The position numbers were made by a program, and so were the translations under genes. A stretch of 64,000 bases of DNA from Myxococcota bacterium (GTDB lineage: Bacteria; Myxococcota_A; Polyangia; Nannocystales; Nannocystaceae), in contig JBCCHT010000008.1 of the NCBI GenBank assembly GCA_039028615.1, positions 226,345 through 290,344 of the forward strand, read 5' to 3'. This document shows positions 59,116 through 64,000 of the stretch, piece after piece (the stretch's first letter is position 1; each line of letters begins with the position of its first letter). The notes beneath the pieces were generated by a model. It had not been told where the DNA came from, searched no databases, and worked only from the letters and a program-made list of their open reading frames with translations.

Positions 59116-60936
59116 ATGACCGCCCCGCCTCGCAGCGCCCGCGCGAATGAACCGTTGCCGGTCCGATTGCCGGCCGGAACGGTGCTGGGCGCCTATGTCG
59201 TCGATGGCTGGCTGCGCGACGGAGGCATGGCCTCCCTGTACCGCGGCCACCACCAACGCACCCAGGCCAAGGTCGCCATCAAGGTCCAGGTCACCGGGGC
59301 CGAGGACGACCGAACCACCGCCGCTCGCTTCGACCGCGAGGGCATCGTCATGGGTCGGCTCTCGGGGGAGCCCAACGTCGTGCAGGTGCACGACGTCGAC
59401 GCGCTGTCCGACGGGCGCCGCTACCTCGTCACCGAGTGGGTCGACGGCGACAACCTCGAAGAGCTCCTCGACCACGTCCGCAACGCCGACTCGATGCTGC
59501 CCATCGACCGCGCCTGCCGTCTCGTGGCCGACGTCGCCAACGCCCTCGAGGCCGCCCACCGGGCCGACATCGTGCATCGAGACGTCAAGCCGGCCAACAT
59601 CATGGTCGACCAGGGCACCGATCGCGAGCGGGCCCGGCTGCTCGACTTCGGCATCTCGGCCGACCTCGGTGCCGCCGGCCAGTCCGAAGAGCTGACCGCC
59701 ACCGGGGTCGTCCTCGGGACCTCCGGCTACGTCGCACCCGAGCAGGCCGTGGGCCTGCCCGCCGACCCCGGCTTCGACATCTACTCCCTCGGCATCGTCG
59801 CCTTCGAATCCGTCACCGGCTTTCCCATTCCTCCTGGCGGCCTCGGCCCGGAGAAGCTGCCCCCCATCAGCCGCCTGCGCTCCGGCGTCCCCTCGCCGCT
59901 CGAAGAGCTCGTCAGCGCCTGTCTCGCTCGCGATCCGCGGCTGCGCCCCGCCTCTGCGGCCGAAGTTGCCGAGCGATTGCGAGCCATCGCTGCCGACGTC
60001 GGCCCCGGTGCGTCGGGTACGTTTTCGCCCGGCCTCACCGATACCTCTCGTGCCAGCCACAGCGGGCATGGCATCGCCGCAGCCGACTCCGGGGCCTGGA
60101 CCGGCTCGGGCGCCTCCGTGCCGTCCGCGGCCCCCGTCATCGCCGCACCCGCGGGCGCGACCGATCCCGCCGTACCGCGGGGCTCCGTCGCACCCATCGC
60201 AGGCGTCCCCGCCATCGCCACCGAGCCCATGGCCACGTCCCCCGGGCGCCCCACCACCGCCGTCGCCCCGTCCTTCGGAAACGCCGAGCGTCGCGAGCCC
60301 AAAGCCGCACCGCGATGGCCCTGGCTCCTCCTGCTCATCGGCCTGCTCGGTGCCGCCGTCGCCTACTGGGCTCTGCGGCCCGGCGACTCCACCCCCTCGG
60401 ACCCCGCCGCCGACGCTGGCCAATCCTCCGCTGGCTCGGCACCCGAGTCCCCCGTCGCCGCTGCGTCTGCAAGCACCGACCCGGCCGACGACGCGTCCGG
60501 GACCGCCGTGGCTCCAGCCACCGACGCATCGACCTCCGCCCCCGTTGGCTCCACGAGCGACGCCTCCGACATGGGCACAGGCGGCACCGGAGATCCCGAA
60601 GGGGTCTCGTCCACCGGCTCCACTGCGGCCGACACGGCCCCGCCCTCCACCACGAGTTCACCGAGCGCCACGCGTGCCCGTTGCAAACAGGCCCGTAACG
60701 CCGCCGATCTCGCCCGCACCCGCCGGAATTGGGCCAACGCCCTGCGCTCGACCAGCGACGCCGCCTGCTGGCCCACGCCCGACCAGCGGGTTGACCGCAA
60801 GGTATTGCGGGTTCAGGCTCTTCTCGAACTCGGTCGCTACAAGCGATGCGTCGCCGAAGGCAAAGGCATCACCGATCCCCGTGTGGCTCGCATTACCAAA
60901 TTCTGCCGCGAGCACATGGAGACCTCCGGTCAATGA
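59116..60936 (+). CDS. Ser/Thr protein kinase with one transmembrane helix
   Basis: DGGMASLY, VAIK, HRDVKPAN, DFG, GTSGYVAPEQ. Confidence 0.93.
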   Translation: MTAPPRSARANEPLPVRLPAGTVLGAYVVDGWLRDGGMASLYRGHHQRTQAKVAIKVQVTGAEDDRTTAARFDREGIVMGRLSGEPNVVQVHDVDALSDGRRYLVTEWVDGDNLEELLDHVRNADSMLPIDRACRLVADVANALEAAHRADIVHRDVKPANIMVDQGTDRERARLLDFGISADLGAAGQSEELTATGVVLGTSGYVAPEQAVGLPADPGFDIYSLGIVAFESVTGFPIPPGGLGPEKLPPISRLRSGVPSPLEELVSACLARDPRLRPASAAEVAERLRAIAADVGPGASGTFSPGLTDTSRASHSGHGIAAADSGAWTGSGASVPSAAPVIAAPAGATDPAVPRGSVAPIAGVPAIATEPMATSPGRPTTAVAPSFGNAERREPKAAPRWPWLLLLIGLLGAAVAYWALRPGDSTPSDPAADAGQSSAGSAPESPVAAASASTDPADDASGTAVAPATDASTSAPVGSTSDASDMGTGGTGDPEGVSSTGSTAADTAPPSTTSSPSATRARCKQARNAADLARTRRNWANALRSTSDAACWPTPDQRVDRKVLRVQALLELGRYKRCVAEGKGITDPRVARITKFCREHMETSGQ

Positions 60937-60967
60937 CGCGGCCCCGTCCCCTTCCGAGCACATTTCC

Positions 60968-61807
60968 ATGGAAGCTGCGATCTCACTGAGAGCCCGCCCC
61001 GCCGTCGTCACCCGCGGTCTCGCCCCCGCGCTGCTCGCCACGGCCCTCCTCGCGCTCCCCCAGGTCGCATCGGCCGCGCCCGCCAGCGACAGTCCCCTGC
61101 GGGTCGAAGTCGCCGATGGCATCGAAGACGCCCAGCACCTCCCCGACTGGGTGCGCGAGCGCAACCCCACCATCGCCGACGCCCTGCCCACCGAGTACGG
61201 CTCCGCCTCCATCCGTGTCGAAGTCGAGGGCCAGTACCTCGACTACCGCTTCCGCGTCGTCCCCATGCGCGACGGCCAGCCCCTCGGCGAGCCCGAGACC
61301 CAGGAATGCAAGTGCAGCAACGACGACTTGCTCATGGGCATCGACCTCGGCATCCAAGACGCCATCACCCAGCTCAATGAGGCCCCCGCCGCCGAGCCCG
61401 AGCCCGAGCCCGAGCCTCAACCGGAGCCCGAGCCCGAACCAGAACCCGAGCCCGAGCCCGAGCGCTCCGGCCTCGCCCCCCTGACTGGTGCCGGCATCGG
61501 CGTCGCCGCCGTCGGTGTCGCCGGTCTCATCACCGGTGCCGTCCTCGTCACTCGAGACGACCAGCAAGCCTTCGCCGACAACGGCGGCCTCCAGATCGAC
61601 CGCACCAGCTACCAGCCCCCCGGCATCGCCTCCTTGGCGATCGGCGGCGCCTTGTTGGTCACCGGCGTCGTCCTCATCACCCTCGGCCAAGCGCGCCAGG
61701 GCAAGGCCGACCCCGCCAAAACCTCACGCCGCCCCTCTCGGCATTGGTCCTGGGCCCCAGCCGCTGGCCCCTCCAGCTTCGGCCTCCAGATGCAAGGGAA
61801 GTTCTAA
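60968..61807 (+). CDS. Exported (PE)n-linker protein, paralog of 55936-56799
   Basis: Signal peptide (ASAA), CKC, EPEPEP tract, hydrophobic hairpin, ends MQGKF*. Confidence 0.82.
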   Translation: MEAAISLRARPAVVTRGLAPALLATALLALPQVASAAPASDSPLRVEVADGIEDAQHLPDWVRERNPTIADALPTEYGSASIRVEVEGQYLDYRFRVVPMRDGQPLGEPETQECKCSNDDLLMGIDLGIQDAITQLNEAPAAEPEPEPEPQPEPEPEPEPEPEPERSGLAPLTGAGIGVAAVGVAGLITGAVLVTRDDQQAFADNGGLQIDRTSYQPPGIASLAIGGALLVTGVVLITLGQARQGKADPAKTSRRPSRHWSWAPAAGPSSFGLQMQGKF

Positions 61808-61809
61808 CC

Positions 61810-63396
61810 ATGAAGACTGCACGCCTCCTCTCCCCCTTGTTGCTCACCTCTGCCTTCGGCCTCGGCGCTCTCGCGGGCGCGTGCACCACCCGCGAAGCCA
61901 ACCCCGACCACTGCTCCAACAACGAGGGCGACCAATACTGCGCCCTCATCTCCCCCGACACCCCCTTCTGCTCCAACGGCAACGACGCCGCCTGCAACGG
62001 CTCCTTCCCCACCGGCTGCGTCGCCGCCGAAGACCTCCTCCAAGGCTGCGCCGACCCCTGCGGCTCCCTCTCCGCCGACGAATGCGACGGACAAGCCGAC
62101 GGCTCCAGCTCCGGGACCAGCGGAGGGACCGACGACAGCGGTACGGACGGGATGATGACCGAGACCGAGGGGTCGAGCGGCAGTACGACTGAAAATTCCA
62201 CGACCTGTAGTGGGCCCGAGGATTGCGGCGGGGAGACGCCGTTTTGTTCGGACGCGGGGGAGTGTGTGGACTGTGGTGGCCTCGCGGATGGCGATGCCGC
62301 GTGTGCCGAGGGGGATGCGACGACGCCGGTTTGTGATGCTGGGGTTTGTGTGCAGTGTACGGGGGAGAATGCGGGTGCTTGCGTGGATGCGACGCCGACC
62401 TGTGGGGCGGCGAATGAGTGTGTCGCGTGTAGCGAGCATGCGCATTGTCCCGAGAGTGCGTGTCATCTGGATGGGCCGGATGTGGGGCGGTGCTTTGATG
62501 TTGGCGAGGTCGAGATGATCGCCGACGGGGCGGCGTTGACCGCAGCGCTCGGCGAGCTGTCGGCGGGTGACCAGGCGGTGTTTGTCCTGACCGCGGGTAG
62601 CTACGGTGTTACCGTGGGTCTAGCGGACAACGTGGAAGTCGCGTTTCTGTCGAACGAAGGGGCGGAACTGTCTGGCGCGGGGATCTTCGATAGCGTGACG
62701 TTGGCTGGAAGCGCGATCACGTACTTCGGAGGCGTGACCATTGCTGGAAATACGAACGCAGGCGGCATCGCGTGCTCGGGTACTTCGGTGTGGCTAGATG
62801 ACAGCGAGGTTCGAAACAATGACAGCGTTGGGCTGACGGTGTCCGGTGGTTGCGCGGCTCATCTTCGGCGCTCTGTGGTCTCGAACAATGACAGCGGGGG
62901 AGTTGAGGCCACGGGCACGACTACAGTGGTCTCGTTGGAAACCAGCGTCATCGCGTCTAACGGCAATGGCACGTCGAGCTTCGGTGGCGTGGACCTTGAC
63001 GGTGCAGAATTTCGCGCGGTGTACACGACAATCGCAGGGAACGACTCCACTGACGCCGCAATGTCCATCCGGTGTCAAGGATCGAGTTCTGGAGACGTTC
63101 GCAACAGCATCGTCGTTGGCCGAGACCCGGACTCCGTCGGTGAGTGCCCGGAGCTAGTACTGGCGAACAGCGGCACCGACGGTGGCGATGAGCCATCGAA
63201 CACCGTCGTTGGTGCGTTTGATATCTCGTGGTTTGAAGACCCCGCGATGGGTAACTTTCGCCTCAGCGACCTGGGTCGAGACGTATTCGAGAATATCGCG
63301 ATGTGGCAAGACGGTGATCCCCCGACGGATATCGACGGAGACCCCATCTCGATGGAAGCACCCAGCTTCCCGGGCTATGATCAACCCTCGCCGTAG
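61810..63396 (+). CDS. Cys-rich lipoprotein with a C-terminal right-handed beta-helix
   Basis: Lipobox AGAC; C...TP.C...G.CV.C repeats; N..GG(I/V) beta-helix repeats; TDIDGD tail. Confidence 0.85.
   Translation: MKTARLLSPLLLTSAFGLGALAGACTTREANPDHCSNNEGDQYCALISPDTPFCSNGNDAACNGSFPTGCVAAEDLLQGCADPCGSLSADECDGQADGSSSGTSGGTDDSGTDGMMTETEGSSGSTTENSTTCSGPEDCGGETPFCSDAGECVDCGGLADGDAACAEGDATTPVCDAGVCVQCTGENAGACVDATPTCGAANECVACSEHAHCPESACHLDGPDVGRCFDVGEVEMIADGAALTAALGELSAGDQAVFVLTAGSYGVTVGLADNVEVAFLSNEGAELSGAGIFDSVTLAGSAITYFGGVTIAGNTNAGGIACSGTSVWLDDSEVRNNDSVGLTVSGGCAAHLRRSVVSNNDSGGVEATGTTTVVSLETSVIASNGNGTSSFGGVDLDGAEFRAVYTTIAGNDSTDAAMSIRCQGSSSGDVRNSIVVGRDPDSVGECPELVLANSGTDGGDEPSNTVVGAFDISWFEDPAMGNFRLSDLGRDVFENIAMWQDGDPPTDIDGDPISMEAPSFPGYDQPSP
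62139..62511 (+). repeat. Direct repeat, copy 1 (copy 2 at 63628-64000)
   Basis: 373 bp, offset 1489, about 14 substitutions by hand count, no indels. Confidence 0.95.
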
Positions 63397-63439
63397 AAAT
63401 TCCGTCCAATATAGCCTCAATGGGCCCTACGTCTATGGC

Positions 63440-64000
63440 ATGCAAGCACGCCTACCAAACCGACGGCCTATCCTCAAACCGCTGACGAAGATACCTGCTG
63501 CGATTGTCTGTGTGCTTTCCGTTGGCTGTGGGAATGACCCCAGCCCCCTCGAGGTGAGCAGCGGTTCTGGATCGACGACACAAACCAACGGTTCCAGCTC
63601 GGGGGCCAGTGGGCGTGCAGATGAGACCGGTACGGACGGGGTGATGACCGAGACCGAGGGGTCGAGCGGCAGTACGACTGAAAATTCCACGACCTGTAGT
63701 GGGCCCGAGGATTGCGGCGGGGAGACGCCGTTTTGTTCGGAGGCGGGGGAGTGTGTGGATTGTGGCGGTCTCGCGGATGGCGATGCTGCGTGTGCCGAGG
63801 TGGACGCGACGACGCCGGTTTGTGACGCCGGGGTTTGTGTGCAGTGTACGGGGGAGAATGCGGGTGCTTGCGTCGATGCGACGCCGACCTGTGGGGCGGC
63901 GAATGAGTGTGTCGCGTGCAGCGAGCATGCGCATTGCCCCGAGAGTGCGTGTCATCTCGATGGGCCGGATGTGGGGCGGTGCTTTGATGTTGGCGAGGTC
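63440..64000 (+). CDS. Paralogous Cys-rich lipoprotein, truncated by the window end (not in the ORF track)
   Basis: MQARLPNRRPILKPLTKIPAAIVCVLSVGC (lipobox) reads in frame into the repeated Cys-rich core and stays open to the edge. Confidence 0.8.
   Translation, partial: MQARLPNRRPILKPLTKIPAAIVCVLSVGCGNDPSPLEVSSGSGSTTQTNGSSSGASGRADETGTDGVMTETEGSSGSTTENSTTCSGPEDCGGETPFCSEAGECVDCGGLADGDAACAEVDATTPVCDAGVCVQCTGENAGACVDATPTCGAANECVACSEHAHCPESACHLDGPDVGRCFDVGEV

Noticed and set aside
62139..64000. Diversity-generating retroelement TR/VR pair
   Set aside because: Mismatches are mostly C/T and G/C at synonymous sites, not adenine-specific, and there is no reverse transcriptase in the window.

Overview
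High-GC, gene-dense window that reads as Myxococcota, probably Nannocystaceae-like (inferred from a MYXO-CTERM protein, many Ser/Thr-linker lipoproteins, three Hanks kinases and three ECF sigma factors). It holds about 55 CDS and no recognisable rRNA, tRNA or CRISPR array. The most notable accessory features are: (1) an HUH/RAYT-like transposase flanked by inward-facing repeats (4.8-6.1 kb); (2) a four-gene secretion-effector-like cassette ending in a LysM protein fused to an IucA/IucC (NIS synthetase)-like domain, with no siderophore genes nearby (19.4-23.0 kb); (3) an A/T-richer defence island with a C5 methyltransferase divergent from a GHKL/MORC ATPase, a Z1 protein and a DUF4420 nuclease (24.8-31.5 kb); (4) a ~300-nt highly structured, possibly pseudoknotted non-coding element directly upstream of two paralogous coiled-coil genes (34.2-36.6 kb); (5) a kinase/PE-linker/lipoprotein module ending in tandem lipoprotein genes that share a ~96% identical 373-bp core (54-64 kb). 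Start codons were chosen by eye and family names come from motif recognition, not database searches.
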